Assembly (NCBI RefSeq): GCF_000143415.4
Contig: NW_003314303.1
Span: forward strand, 57,772 to 121,771
DNA from: Selaginella moellendorffii
Taxonomy: Eukaryota; Plantae; Lycopodiophyta
Length of the DNA stretch: 64,000 nt
Reading direction: 5' to 3'
The notes below the pieces were generated by a model that was not told the origin of the DNA, made no database searches, and saw only the letters and a program-made list of their open reading frames with translations. Below are positions 27,401 through 40,800 of this stretch, piece by piece. Both the position numbers and the translations under genes were made by a program. Numbering within the stretch: the stretch's first letter is position 1; each line of letters opens with the position of its first letter.

Positions 27401-28891
27401 TGGAATTGTCCATGTTAGACTATGTGGCAATTGGAAAGCTTGCAAAAAGGGAGGCCTTAGCAAGCTAAGGGATAGAGTTCCTTCAAGGTTCCCAAAGACG
27501 ATTCTAGGTAGCTTAGTACCTAGAAAGGCCAAGTGTAAATGGTTCATAGAACACGCGAAATCAGAGTGGCGCAGCAGAAGCGTGGTCTTGAAGCTTGCCA
27601 TGAGGCAAGGCTGTCAAGGTTAGGGAAGTAGTTCCCGAGTGTTGAAAGAGAGGGCTTTGAACGAAAGTTGATGGTTAAGGACTTCCACGCTTATGCATGA
27701 ACCATGTTACGGTGGCCGGATGACTTGCTAAGTGAGATTGGCAAGTTGGGGGGAACAAATACCCTAGTTGAAGGTGCTAACTTCAAAAAGGGTGGCCCAT
27801 GGGGCCAAGCATGGAGGAGCCCATGCCTGATCACAGATATGTCAAGTGAGAGGACTTGGTAGTGTGGGGGAACTAGGTTCCTAAGCTGTGACCTGTAGCG
27901 CGCTTTAAAAATAAGTTGGTGCACCGGCGTGGGGAGTCACGCCAGGCATCTTGTGTGATGCCGTCCGTAGATGCATATACGGAGGTTGGGTTCGAGTCCC
28001 GACCCTCTAGTGCTTGGGTTCGAGTCCCAAATCACTAGGGCATGGTGATGGTTTGGAATATGAGGACACTCATATTTCGGTGGTCATGGACTCTCAGTGG
28101 GGAGACTGGTTTGGGCACACCGCCAAGCGAGGGATGCCTCGGAGTCATGATGCATGGTTAGATTGCTTAGTGTGAAAGCTCGGCATATCTAACTTGAACG
28201 CTTTGGTGCAAGTGGCACCAAGGACGTGGTGAGTGAGATGGGGACACCTAATCTCAGTTGCTATGGACCCTTGGCCGGAAGGGCTGGCTTGGGCGCACCG
28301 CCAAGTGTGGGGGATGCCCCCGGGGTCGTAGTTAACAAGTTAAAGGTCTGGAAGACCTAGTACCTATTGGCAAACCTGTTAAGGTGCCGAGGTGAGATCA
28401 CTAGGTGATCTTGTGGCTAAATAAGGACAAGGTCCTTGTTTGGGTTAAGGAATAAGGTTCCTAGTTCAAAGTGTTGATTTGAACTATTGATGATGGTGTG
28501 GCTTGGTCAAGGTGACCAAGTGGGAAAAACACCTTAGGGAAATGAGCTATGTCATTGCGATGGCATAGTGTGTCCAAGGAAAGTAGTCTCTAAAGAGACC
28601 CATGAGAGGGTCACAAAGTTGGGTCGAGGATAGAGCCCATAGTAGAAGATGCTAAAAGAGACTTACTAGGGGTGAACACCCTAGTCTTGGCAAAGCAGAG
28701 CCTTTGCTATGGAATCAAAAGAATACCTCAAGGAGGGAGGTAGAGATTCGATGTTGCTTGGTGCAACAATCAACGGATAGGAGCAAAAGATGAGTGGCCA
28801 AGATAGGGCTGTGGAATCCCTAGGAAGGAATCCAAGCGACAAAGTTAGGTGAGGAACACTAATGTGTTGGACGCTAACAAATTGCGGGAAA

Positions 28892-29796
28892 NNNNNNNNN
28901 NNNNNNNNNNNNNNNNNNNNNNNNNNNNNNNNNNNNNNNNNNNNNNNNNNNNNNNNNNNNNNNNNNNNNNNNNNNNNNNNNNNNNNNNNNNNNNNNNNNN
29001 NNNNNNNNNNNNNNNNNNNNNNNNNNNNNNNNNNNNNNNNNNNNNNNNNNNNNNNNNNNNNNNNNNNNNNNNNNNNNNNNNNNNNNNNNNNNNNNNNNNN
29101 NNNNNNNNNNNNNNNNNNNNNNNNNNNNNNNNNNNNNNNNNNNNNNNNNNNNNNNNNNNNNNNNNNNNNNNNNNNNNNNNNNNNNNNNNNNNNNNNNNNN
29201 NNNNNNNNNNNNNNNNNNNNNNNNNNNNNNNNNNNNNNNNNNNNNNNNNNNNNNNNNNNNNNNNNNNNNNNNNNNNNNNNNNNNNNNNNNNNNNNNNNNN
29301 NNNNNNNNNNNNNNNNNNNNNNNNNNNNNNNNNNNNNNNNNNNNNNNNNNNNNNNNNNNNNNNNNNNNNNNNNNNNNNNNNNNNNNNNNNNNNNNNNNNN
29401 NNNNNNNNNNNNNNNNNNNNNNNNNNNNNNNNNNNNNNNNNNNNNNNNNNNNNNNNNNNNNNNNNNNNNNNNNNNNNNNNNNNNNNNNNNNNNNNNNNNN
29501 NNNNNNNNNNNNNNNNNNNNNNNNNNNNNNNNNNNNNNNNNNNNNNNNNNNNNNNNNNNNNNNNNNNNNNNNNNNNNNNNNNNNNNNNNNNNNNNNNNNN
29601 NNNNNNNNNNNNNNNNNNNNNNNNNNNNNNNNNNNNNNNNNNNNNNNNNNNNNNNNNNNNNNNNNNNNNNNNNNNNNNNNNNNNNNNNNNNNNNNNNNNN
29701 NNNNNNNNNNNNNNNNNNNNNNNNNNNNNNNNNNNNNNNNNNNNNNNNNNNNNNNNNNNNNNNNNNNNNNNNNNNNNNNNNNNNNNNNNNNNNNNN
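28892..29796. other. Assembly gap (N run)
   Basis: Run of N. It hides the PPT and the start of the 3' LTR of element D. Confidence 1.
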
Positions 29797-29881
29797 TGCG
29801 AGTCCGCTGCATTATAATGTGGAATCGTATGGAGTCCGAGATGGAGTCCGAGATGGAGTCCGAAGTCGAGACCGAGACCGG

Positions 29882-29913
<32 letters not shown>

Positions 29914-32900
29914 TCGGGACCGAGAACGAGACCGAGGCCGAGGCCGAGACTGAGCCCGAGCCCGAGTCCGAGTCCGAGTCCGAGTCCGAGTCCGAGTTCG
30001 AGTCTGAGAGGGTGAAAGCCCAAAGCGTTCGTCTCCCAGACCCTAGGGGGTTTGGTGAGCTCCAAAAGTATAGTAAGGGGGAGGACTGTAGTGGAGCCAG
30101 TTTGGCCAGGAAAGGCCAGTTTGGCCCAGGAAGGCCGGACCCAGTGTTGGGTGATGAGCTGCCCACTGGGAAGTCCAAGACTAGAGTGAACACAGACCGA
30201 CAAGCGGGGTAGCTTGGTGAAGTGTTCAAGAGCCGGCTCTAGTTCCCCCGGGAGATCGACTGGCCGATGCTCCCAGTCCAAGTGTGGGTGGCACTACCTA
30301 CTTGGATACCTGGTGTGGCTCAACGGAACCCGCTCTAAGCCCATGGCTAGAGCACCCAAGGGCAGAAGGCGAGGAGAGTACCCAGGTGGCTCACGTAAGG
30401 CCACGGTGTTCCGAAATGTTGTCCCAAAGGCCCAGTCTATGGAAAGGAAGAGGAGCAGTCCTCTGGAGTAGTGACCAAGGACACAGTCGTGTGGTGAGGA
30501 AGTCCCAGAGGACCGTGGGACTTAGTGGTCGGGCCTGTGGGTCTCAATCCAGTGGCAGTGTTGGCAAACACGGCCAGGGGCAGAAAGGGACTTAGTGGGG
30601 ACTGACAGAGGGATATTGGGGAAGGCTATTCCCCTTGTCGGTGGGCATCCTAAGGATGCTAAGGAGTGGATCTGAGATGACCACTCACGGATGGTTTGCC
30701 TAGTCTTGGAGAGCCAAGACGGTGATGCAAGTGGTATTGGACTACCAGTGTGGCAAAGGTGATTGGGCATGGCCTTAGCGTAACGGGCTGCTATGTCGGT
30801 GGCACCTTTGAGTGTCGGTCATGGGATCGAACATGTGGAGCACTTGGACCAAGTGCAAATGTTGAGTGGCATGGATGCCATTCTCGGGGCTAGCAAGTCC
30901 CAAGTCCTCGATTGGACTTATGGAGGTTGTGAATGAGACTCCTCCAAGTGGTCAGAGGTGTGGTTAAGTGACTAAAGTAGAATGGAAAATTTAGTCGCTT
31001 ACACTGACTTCACTATATCTATCATGTTATATTGTTTTATGAGATATTAGTAAGCAATCATGATTTTTTTCAAGTCATCAAAATTTCTATAAACTCTTTT
31101 TATTGCATATTCATAATAAATTTTCTTAAGGCATTATATGTATAAGCATAGGTATATTTTTTTTGACACTAAGTCTTTACAATGCTTATAACACTTGTTA
31201 AATTGAGTTGTAAATTCCTCAATTGTCTCATATTTTCCTTGATAAAGTTTTTGCAATTCATTATAGTTTTCTTCTGTGTTTGTTTCTATAAAGAATGTTT
31301 TAAGGAAAAACTTTATCTACTCTTCAAATGTGCTAAGTTTTTTAACATCATTGTTATAGAACCAGTCTGTGGTTTTGTTTTTGAACATATAGGAGAAAAA
31401 ATCCTTTTCCTACCTATCTACTTGATTGAGTTTGATTTTTTTTTTTGTATTGCTTAATATGCAATTGTGGGTCTTCTCCTTTAATTCCAGAAAAATATGG
31501 ATATATAACGATAGTGCCTATTGTTATTCTTGAAATTGCCATTGTACTTATTGTAATTTGACAAAAATACTTTATTTTATAACTAGTATAGGCAAAATAT
31601 ATATTTGATTTGTAAGGGAACTTGAATCACTGTCAAAGGGTAAAAGTTATAAATTTAGCTCTTTTTCCTTTTATGGGGAATCACTACAGTTGTTTAAGCA
31701 AAAGCATTTTCTATATGCCGATGCTATTAAAGAAGTAGTGTATAAATTTTGAGGATTTTTGATTTCCTCTTTGTTGGGGTGTACCTAATATACTTTTAGG
31801 TTACTCTCTTTCAAGTTTTTCTCTAACTTGGTTGAACAGTGATTTAGTTTGTTTTGAAGGGAGGTTAAGATTGTGAATATCATGAGTAAATGCTTTGTAA
31901 TTTTATTCTAGATCTTATAAATACTTCTTTTCAAACTACCTTTCACTCCTCAGATTGTGAGGGAAATGTTGTATATCTATTACCTTGTTCAGTATAAATA
32001 GTGACAATTTTATACATAAAGATTATGCCCTATAAAGCTTTATAAGTAAGATCAATTGTTGGTCTATGCCTATATATTTTAAGGTCTATTAGCATTGCTA
32101 CTATGGTAAGCCTAGTTATTATGCTTCATTTGTAGAGTGAATGGTATAAGGTTTTGGTATGCAATGTATTCCCCTTGTGAATTAGCTTATCAATTACTCT
32201 TAGGAGCAAACACCAAGCTCTTAATAAATTTCAAAATTGGCTAGCTTTCCTCTAGATGCTAAAGGTTTAGGACATTTTTTACACAAAAGTCCCAAAAGTT
32301 TCTCAAGCAACAAATATTATTTTTCACAGTGTATCTATCTTACTCATGTGTGGTCCACTTTTTACTCCATAAATTTTGTTACCTATCAATTTAGATTTAG
32401 AATTAATTGAACATTTATTAGCCTAATTATCAACAAATGTATTTCTGCCTATGGGTATTCAAACTTTATTGTAAACTGTTAAAGTTCCTACAATAGCTTC
32501 TTTGCCTAAGATTGCATAAAACTGTAGTAATTGTCTAGTATGAAAAATTTTATAAATCCTTTATAGGTTATAATACTTAGGATATAGATAACTCCATATA
32601 TATAAGTCCCCCTTACACTATGTATCTACAAAGAAATCTAAGTGTATTATTACATCTTCTTTGACAATAGTAAAAGTACTAGAAGTTAAACTTTTGTATA
32701 TCTTGAGCAAAATTTTGTTAAGTATCTCACTTGGTAATTCGATGAGTTGTTTAAGCAATTTCGTTAAATCTATCATTTGTTGACTTAGTTAGGCACACAA
32801 AATAGTTTAGTTTTTGTTTTTTTATACTTTTATTTATTCACATAGAATAGGGATCAACCAACTTCCATTTAGGTCTATAAGTAAAATATATCTTCTGATA

Positions 32901-35702
32901 AGTGTGGTAAATTGCATATAAACATTCTTCTTTTGTCTACCCCAATTCGTTTATTCAACTTCTATCATGTCAATAGAGGGTTGTTAATCTTCAATTTCTC
33001 CACTTAAGTGCGTAGGAGGTCTTTTCCTTTCTGCCCATACCTAGGGTGGTTAAGATTAATTTAGTGTATGGTCATTGGCGTGTAATAATTAATTCCAGAG
33101 TAGTTTGTCTATTTCACAATGGGTCTTACCCTCTAGCTTATAACTAATTTTGCCCTTGCAACTATAAAATTAGAAAAAGTGGCTTATTATTCTTAGCAAA
33201 TTTTAAACAAATTGGATCAATACTAGGGGCTAATTGGAATGGGGTGTGGAGACCATTCCATGAAATTGCCTTATAGAATCAATATAAGAGTCAAATTGTC
33301 TCGCATATGATAGCTTATTTTAGATCAATTTGTTTGTGAAATGATGTTAGGTACTTTTTCAAATATATGATAGTTAATTCATGGAAAATTTTGTTCAAAT
33401 CTAAACAAAAATTTCTTTTCAAGGCAAATTTCTCTGTAACTTCTTCACCAACAGGCAGTTATGGTCAATACAAGTCTTTGCTCAAGCTTGTATAATAGAT
33501 TTTTGAGCTTTGTAATATATTTCAAACTCTTCTAAAACTATCTGTGGTTATTTCACTTTTTTAGACAAAACCCTTTTCTAATATCTCTAAACTTTTTCTA
33601 GTTTTTTAGAGATCAAAGTGACGCTAGCAGTGTCTCCAGGATTAACACCTATGCCTAGTAGCAAGCTTTACAACTCTCTGTTCTATGTTTATAGCGTGAA
33701 GCCTCTCGACTGCTTCATCTGGCAAAAACTCAATTAGCATATGGGGTAATTTCTATGTTCCAAATGTAAGTGGAAATTGAACTATAACTCTTACTAGAGT
33801 AGTTGTATAATTTTACCTATATAGAAGATATTCATTAGGTTCAAATTCTTTTTTGTGAGGAGGTATGTACACCTATGGATTATATTTCACAAAGAGTGGT
33901 TTATGCATTGCAAGGATGTTTCACATCTAAAGTGATGAGTATTTGCCTTAGCAATTGAGTGTCGCTCAATTGGTTTGAAAGGTGGATTTTCATGCTTATT
34001 CATGTATATTTGCTCTTTGTCTATGCCTCACTTCAAGGGATATAGAGCACATTTCACGTGATTGCCCTTAATTCCTCCCTATGGCCCTAGATGTGATGTG
34101 AGTGCTCTCAAAATCTATAGGAGAGTGACACCTTTCACACTGAGTAGTATTTGTAAGCTCTTTATTTATAAAAGATGAGCCTTGATTAATTCACTTAAGT
34201 CTTACTTGAGTTTTATAGACTCTTGCAATACACGTAAGAAATTTAAACTCAAGATAAGTCTACTTTTAAACCATGTCTGAGTAGTGGTCCAAGTTTAAGG
34301 ACCTAGATCAAAGCCTTGAGATAACACAATGTTCTAATTGTGATTTTGCCTCTGTCAAAGCCTTATAAAATTTGGGTGAATAATTTTCTAATTTATTCTT
34401 CAATAAGGCTAGCTTTAACTCTCTTTAAGCTGGAGTTGAAGACAAAAGTTATAGATGCCCAATTTTTCTGCTTGTATATGCCTAGAAAAATTGTGACATG
34501 CTGCTAAAAAATGAGTTCTTTAAAAACCCAAGTAAGAATTTATTCAAAAGGAAAGAAGTTCAAAGTAGTTGATTGTGTTTTTCAAATAAACTCCATTCCT
34601 TTTTCTTTTGGACTTTTTTTTAAAAAATTACTAGTGAAACAATTTAAACTTAAGTTTCTTAGTAGTGTATGCCGTATTTCAATTTTAAACTCATCCCATG
34701 CTCTATAGCTTTGGTGACAGTTGAAAAACTATTTTTCTTGTGTAGTTTGGGCACTAAACCTCTACAATCGCAAGAAGAGTTCTTTCATTTAGTGTTGTCT
34801 AGGCTTAAAGCCTCTGCAATTATTAAAAAGATCTACTTGTGATTCTTAGTATTGGGACGCTTGGAATTCATAAGTAGTTTTCTCTTGGTTATTTTTCAAG
34901 CCAAAGAGTGACAACTTATCCTATTGTGGTTGTCAAAAGTGAGTAATACTTTTTTTGCTTGTACTCGTATTCTTGCCCTTACCTGCAAAATAGTGACAAA
35001 CAAACAAAAATGAGAACGTATGAAAAGAGAAATAAGAAGATTGAGAATAGAATAAAACTCAGCGTGTGGATAAGTAAGGATGAGTAAAGATAAGCATATG
35101 TCACTCTCTTAACTCTACTTTGCACAAATAATTATAAGCAAGAGAAAGATAGTTAATTCAATACAAATGCATACAATAGTGGGTAGGGGTTATTTTTCAG
35201 CATGTCTGACTGTTATTTATATACTACATGATTTTATAACTATTTTTAACTACTTCTTGCCTAGGTCAGGTTTTGCTTTTTTGGATGCCTAATCTTAAGC
35301 ATAATTCCATTTTCCTTAAGGTTTCTTCTTTTGTTTTGTCTGAGAAGATATACAAGATAAAACATTTACCTCTTCATCAGTATTTATTTTTATAAATAAA
35401 CATAAAAATGTTAGTAAATACTAAATTCAAATGTCAAGACCCCCAACAAAATCAAGACTGGAAAATGCAAAAGACAAAGAGAAAAGCTAGTGGAAACGAA
35501 GAACAAACCTTAGACTGGCGTTGATTAAAATTGTGGAGAAATGGAACAAGCCTAACCTATATATACTATAGGTTGATGAAACTCCACCACTCTTGGATCA
35601 AGGATGGCCTAAATATAGCTGAGGTTGAAGAGGCGCCACGTCATCATCAAGAATGTGGTTCGAGACTCAAGAATCGTACGGGAAATTAGAAAGTCAGGAA
35701 GA

Positions 35703-37827
35703 CTGACTCTCGAGACACTTCCCTATTCCTGACTCTCTAATTTCTTGTACGATTCCTGAGTCTCGAGCCACATTCCTAATGATGATGTGGCGCCTCCTCA
35801 GTCTCAGGCCTGGTAATCCTGCCTTCGATCAACAAGATCAAGTTATCCTCGATCTTGATCGGCTTCAAGTTATGGCAATTTCCCTGGCCCCTCAAAACTC
35901 CTCCTTGATGGATGCGATCAGAAACAATATCTAATCCGATGATCTCGCTAGCAACATTTTCCCCCATCTTCAGGCTGGACACCCAGTGACTCCTGACTGC
36001 CGGCAATTTGACGAGTTTGAGTTCTTAGATGACTTATTGTACCGTGGGGATCAGCTTTACGTTCCTGAAGGTGATGCTCGAAGGTTGGTCCTAATGGCGT
36101 GCCACAATAACCTGATTGCTGGTCACTTCGGCATTGCAAAAACTTATGAGCTAGTTGCACGGGACTTTTGGTGGCCTCACATGGACAATTACATCAAAGC
36201 TTTTGTTACCTCTTGTGACACTTGCGCCCGAAATAAGGTACCTCACCACCTTCCTTCAGGTTTGCTTCATTCCCTCCTGGTCCCTTCAGGTCCTTGGGAA
36301 TCCATCTCTATGGATTTCTTGAGTGATCTTCCGAGTTCTAGAGGCTTCAACAACATTTTAGTCATGGTGGATCACTTCACAAAGATGGCTCACTTCTTGC
36401 CGTGTACCAAGGAGTTTTCGGGTGAGGACATGGCAAAATTGGTATTCAAGGAAATTTTCCGACTTCATGGAATTTCTGTAGATGTGGTTTCGGATCGGGA
36501 ACCTTAGTTCATCTCTCATTTCTGGCAACGGTTTTTGCAGCTTCTTGGAGTGAAGGCCAACCTCTCTTCAGCATATCATCCTCAAACTGATGGACAGTCC
36601 AAGCAAACGATTCAGACATTGGAATAATTCTTGAGGTGCTTCATCAACTATCATTAGGATAACTAGTTCGATATCCTTCCCCTTGCTGAGTTCTCCTATA
36701 ACAACTCTGTTCACTCCTCTCTTCGAATTTCCCCCTTCTTTGCAAACTCTGGCTGAAATCCCTGATTCAATCTCTCACTTCCTTCTCCATCCGAATCCTC
36801 TCATTCAAATCCCCACTCTGAGGCATTTGTCTCCAACCTCCAGGAAATCCACAACTCCATCTCCTTCCACCTCCATCATGCTCATGAATCTCACAAAACA
36901 TTTGCCAATGTCCATCGTCAGGATTATCCCCCTTACAATATCGGGGATAAAGTCTAGCTCCTCAGGCGAAATATCTCCACCACCAGGCCCTGTATAAAAC
37001 TTGATTTCAAACGTCTCGATCCTTTCCCTATCACTGCCATCATTAATCCTGTCACTTATCGCCTTGCACGTCCCTCCTCATATTAAATTCACCCTGTTTT
37101 TCACTCCTCTCTCCTTGAGCCTTATATTCCTAGTCCTATTCCAAATCGGGTCATTCCTCCGCCTCCACCAGTGCAGCTCGAAGATGGGTCTGAATACGAG
37201 GTTCAGGACATCCTTGATTCCAAGATTTCACGATCTAAACTCTACTATCTAGTCGACTGGAAGGGTTATGGACCTAAGGAACGCACTTGGGAACCTGCAG
37301 ACAACCTGATTCATTCTCTTGACCTTGTTCATGACTTCCATTGCCGCTATCCTTCTCGTCCCAGTCCTCATTCTTTTTCTCTATCTCCCATCCCTTGCCG
37401 CTCATCTCATCCTCCTCTTTGTTCTCGTTCATATCCTCGTTCCACTTGTTCTTGAGGAGGAGGTGTTGTCAGGAATCCCCCAATTCTTGCCATATTCTTG
37501 ACTCTCTCCGGATTCCTGACCTGCAGACCACATTCCTGACTCTCGAGACACTTCCCTATTCCTGACTCTCTGATTTCCTGTACGATTCCTGAGTTTCGAG
37601 CCACATTCCTAATGATGATGTGGCACCTTCTTGACTTTAGCTATATTTAGGCTGTCCTTGATACAAGAGTGGTGAAGCTTCATCAACCTATAGTATATAT
37701 AGGTTAGCCTTGTTCCATTTCTCCACAATCTGAATCAACACCAGTCTAAGGCTTTTTCTTTGTTTCCACTAGCTTTTCTCTTTGTCTTTTGCATTTTCCA
37801 ATTTTGATCTTGTTGGGGGTCTTGACA
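35703..37827 (+). mobile_element. Inverted, 5'-deleted second copy of family E: LTR remnant, integrase, chromodomain, PPT and full LTR
   Basis: LTR remnant 35703-35800. Integrase 35800-37170. Chromodomain EYEVQDILDS...YYLVDWKGYGPKERTWEP 37190-37350. PPT GAGGAGGAGG 37454. LTR 37467-37827. Confidence 0.9.
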
Positions 37828-40800
37828 AATGCAAGGATATAAGTGATAGGATTAATGATGGTAGTGATAGGGAAAAGACCAAGGCATTTGAAATCGAGTT
37901 TTGGACATGGCCTGGTAGTGGAGATATTTCGCCTGAGGAGACAAACTTTATCCCCGATATTGTAAGGGGAACAATCCTGACGATGGACATTGACGAAAGT
38001 TTTGTGAAATTCTTGAGCATGATGGAGGTGTAAGGAGATGGAGCTCTGGATTTCCTGGAGGTTGGAGACAAATGCCTCAGAGTGGGGATTTGAACAAGAG
38101 GATTCAAATGGAGAAGGAAGTGAGAGATTGAATCAAGGATTTCGGCCAGAGTTTGCAAAGAAGGGGGAAACTCAAATGGAGGAGTGAACAGAGTTGTTAT
38201 AGGAGAACTCAGTAAGGGGAAGGATATCGAACCAGTTATCCTAATGATAGTTGATGAAGCACCTCAAGAATTGTTCCAATGTCTGAATCGTTTACTCGGA
38301 CTGTCCATCAGTTTGAGGATGATATGCTGAAGAGAGGTTGGCCTTCACTCCAAGAAGCTGCAAAAACCGTTGCCAGAAATGAGAGATGAACTAAGGTCCC
38401 CGATCCGAAACCACATCTGCAGAACTCCCATGAAGTCAGAAAATTTCCCTAAGTACTAATTTTGCCATGTCCTCGCCTAAAAACTCCTGGTACATGGCAG
38501 GAAGTGCGCCATCTTTGTGAAGCAATCCACCACAACTAAAATGCTATTGAAGCCTCCAGAACTTAGAAGATCACTCAAGAAATCCATGGAGATGGATTCC
38601 CAAGGACTTGAAGAGACCAGGAGAGAACGAAGCAAATCTGAAGGAAGGTGGTGAGGTACCTTATTCATGGTGCAAGTGTCACAGGAGGTAACAAAAGCTT
38701 TGATATAGTCATCCATGTGGGGCCACCAAAAGTCCCATGCAACCATCTCATAGGTTTTCACAATGCTGAAGTGACCAATAGTCGGGCTATCGTGGCACGC
38801 CATTAGAACCAACCTTCAAGCATCACCTTCAGGAACGTAAAGCTGATCCCCACGATACAACAAGCCATCTAAAAACTCGAATTCATCAAATCACCGGCAG
38901 TCGGGAGTCACTGTGTGTCCAGCCTGAAGATGGGGGAAAATGTCGCTGGTGAGGTTGTCGGATTGAAGATTGTTTCTGATCGCATCCATCAAAGAGAGTC
39001 CTAAGGGGCCAGGGAAATTACCATAACATAAAGCCGATCAGGACTGAGGATAACCTGATCCTGTTGATCAAAGGTAGGATTACTAGGCCTGAGACTGAGA
39101 TAGGAGCGCCTTGAAAGAGCATTAGGAAGGCCCTAAAGGTTTCCAAGTCTGTACTTGATAACAAAGTCAAATTGATTTAGCAATTGTGCCCACCTTGCCT
39201 GACGACGGCTCAAAACTCTGGAAGTGGCAAAGTACTCAAGATTTTTGTGATCCGTCCAAACTGTTATTTGGTGGCTTGCCCCCTCCAAGAAATGATGCCA
39301 CTTTCCAAAGGAATCCACAATGGCAAGGAGCTCTTTGTCATGGATTTTGTAATTGATCTCCGTAGGCTGGAATTTCTGAGAATGGAAAGTGACTGAATGA
39401 AATTCCTGATCCGCTCCGAGTTGAGACAGCATAGCACCGATAGCAAAGTCAAAGGCATCTACCTCGATGAAGAAAGGTTGTGAAGGATCAGTGTGGATCA
39501 AGACGGGAGTAGAACTGAAGGCCGTCTTGAGTGTGTCGAAGGCCTACTTGGTAACAACAGACCAAGAAAAGGGAACATCCTTGCGAGTGAGATGCATGAG
39601 AGGAAGGACAATGTCGGAGTAGTGAGCAATGAATTTGTAGTAGAAATTGGTGAAGCCAAGGAAAACCTGAACATCCGACATTGATTGTGGAGGCTCCCAT
39701 TCAAGAATAGTCTTGACTTTGGCAAGATCCATTGTAATACCCTCAGGAGTGACAATGTACCCAAGGAACTCCACAGACTCCTGATCAAAAGAACATTTTT
39801 TAAACTTCACGGATAGGCCGTGTTCCCGCAGCTTCACCAACACCTTGCGCACATGCTTGTCATGTTCCTCTTGAGTTTTTGAGTAGATGAGGATGTCGTC
39901 AAGGTAGACAATCACCATCTGATCAAGAAACTCCAGAAAGACGTTGTTTGCCATGTGTTGGAAAACTGCTGGAGCATTTGCAAGCCAAACGGCATAACAG
40001 TGTACTCGAAGTGGCCATAGCGGGTTCGGAACGCAGTCTTCCATTCATCACCAGGCCAGATCTGGATGCTCCACGGAGGTCGATCTTGGTGAAGAAGTGG
40101 GCACCGCCAAGGCATTCTAATAGGTTCGAAATCAGAGGCAACAGATAACAGTTCTAAATAGTCACCGTGTTCAAACCTTGGTAGTCGATGACTAACTGCA
40201 AACTTCCATCCTTCTTCTTGAAAAAGAAGACAGGTGCTCCAACCGGGGACTGAATGCTGAATGTATCCTGAGGCAAGGTTCTCGTCCACGTACTCTTTGA
40301 GGGCCTTAAGCTCGAATGGGGATAACCCATAGATAGACTCCCACAAAGGTGATGCTCCTTCCTGTAAATCAATGGGACAGTCGTAAGGCCGATGAATAGG
40401 CAGTACACCAACTTTTTTCTTGTCAAACACATCCCCAAAATCATGATACTTCTTAGGAAGACTGACAGGAGAAACATGCAAAGCAAAAAGGAAAACAGGT
40501 TCTTCGTGAAGGAATTCATTCATAGTGATTGTGGAGATAGGAGGAGGCATACGACTGAATGGAATGATGAAACGAGGATATTGTCCAGTGTAAGATGGAA
40601 GAGAGGGGAAAGAAGCAGGTGAAAACTTCGTAAAGTCAAGAATAGAACCCCAATTTGAGTTTAGGGAACTTTTCCTGATTCGGACTCGATGAACAGTAGG
40701 GGAAGACGTGGGAGATGGTGACATGGGAGAGACAAGCTGTAATTCCTTCCAACAGATCTGAGGCTGGTGCAGTTGGAACAAAAGAAGGCTAAGCACCACA

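Larger units (their letters stand above)
23671..31003 (+). mobile_element. Young non-coding (LARD-like) LTR element D with 1.77-kb LTRs
   Basis: 5' LTR 23671-25437 (TG...CA) and PBS TGGTATCGGAGC 25441-25452. 3' LTR ends at 31003 with its start hidden in the N gap. Perfect TSD CTGAC (23666-23670 / 31004-31008). About 7 substitutions counted by eye over the distal ~1 kb of the LTRs. No gag/pol motif in 25453-28891. Confidence 0.92.
21105..35379 (-). mobile_element. Decayed non-chromoviral Gypsy (Athila/Tat-like) LTR retrotransposon C, host of element D
   Basis: LTRs 21105-21533 and 34940-35379. Perfect TSD GTATT (21100-21104 / 35380-35384). Reverse PPT TTCCCCC at 21534. RT remnant and gag-like remnant (~34650-34710) on the minus strand. 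Confidence 0.85.

Noticed and set aside
27960-28040. tRNA gene
   Set aside because: Only T-arm-like hairpins. No acceptor stem, D arm or anticodon arm could be built.
28845-30281. ORFs of 322-478 aa
   Set aside because: Artefacts of translating through the N gap.
35910-35920. GGATGCGATCA matching the start of plant 5S rRNA
   Set aside because: Chance match inside pol codons (LMDAIRN), and the downstream sequence is not 5S.
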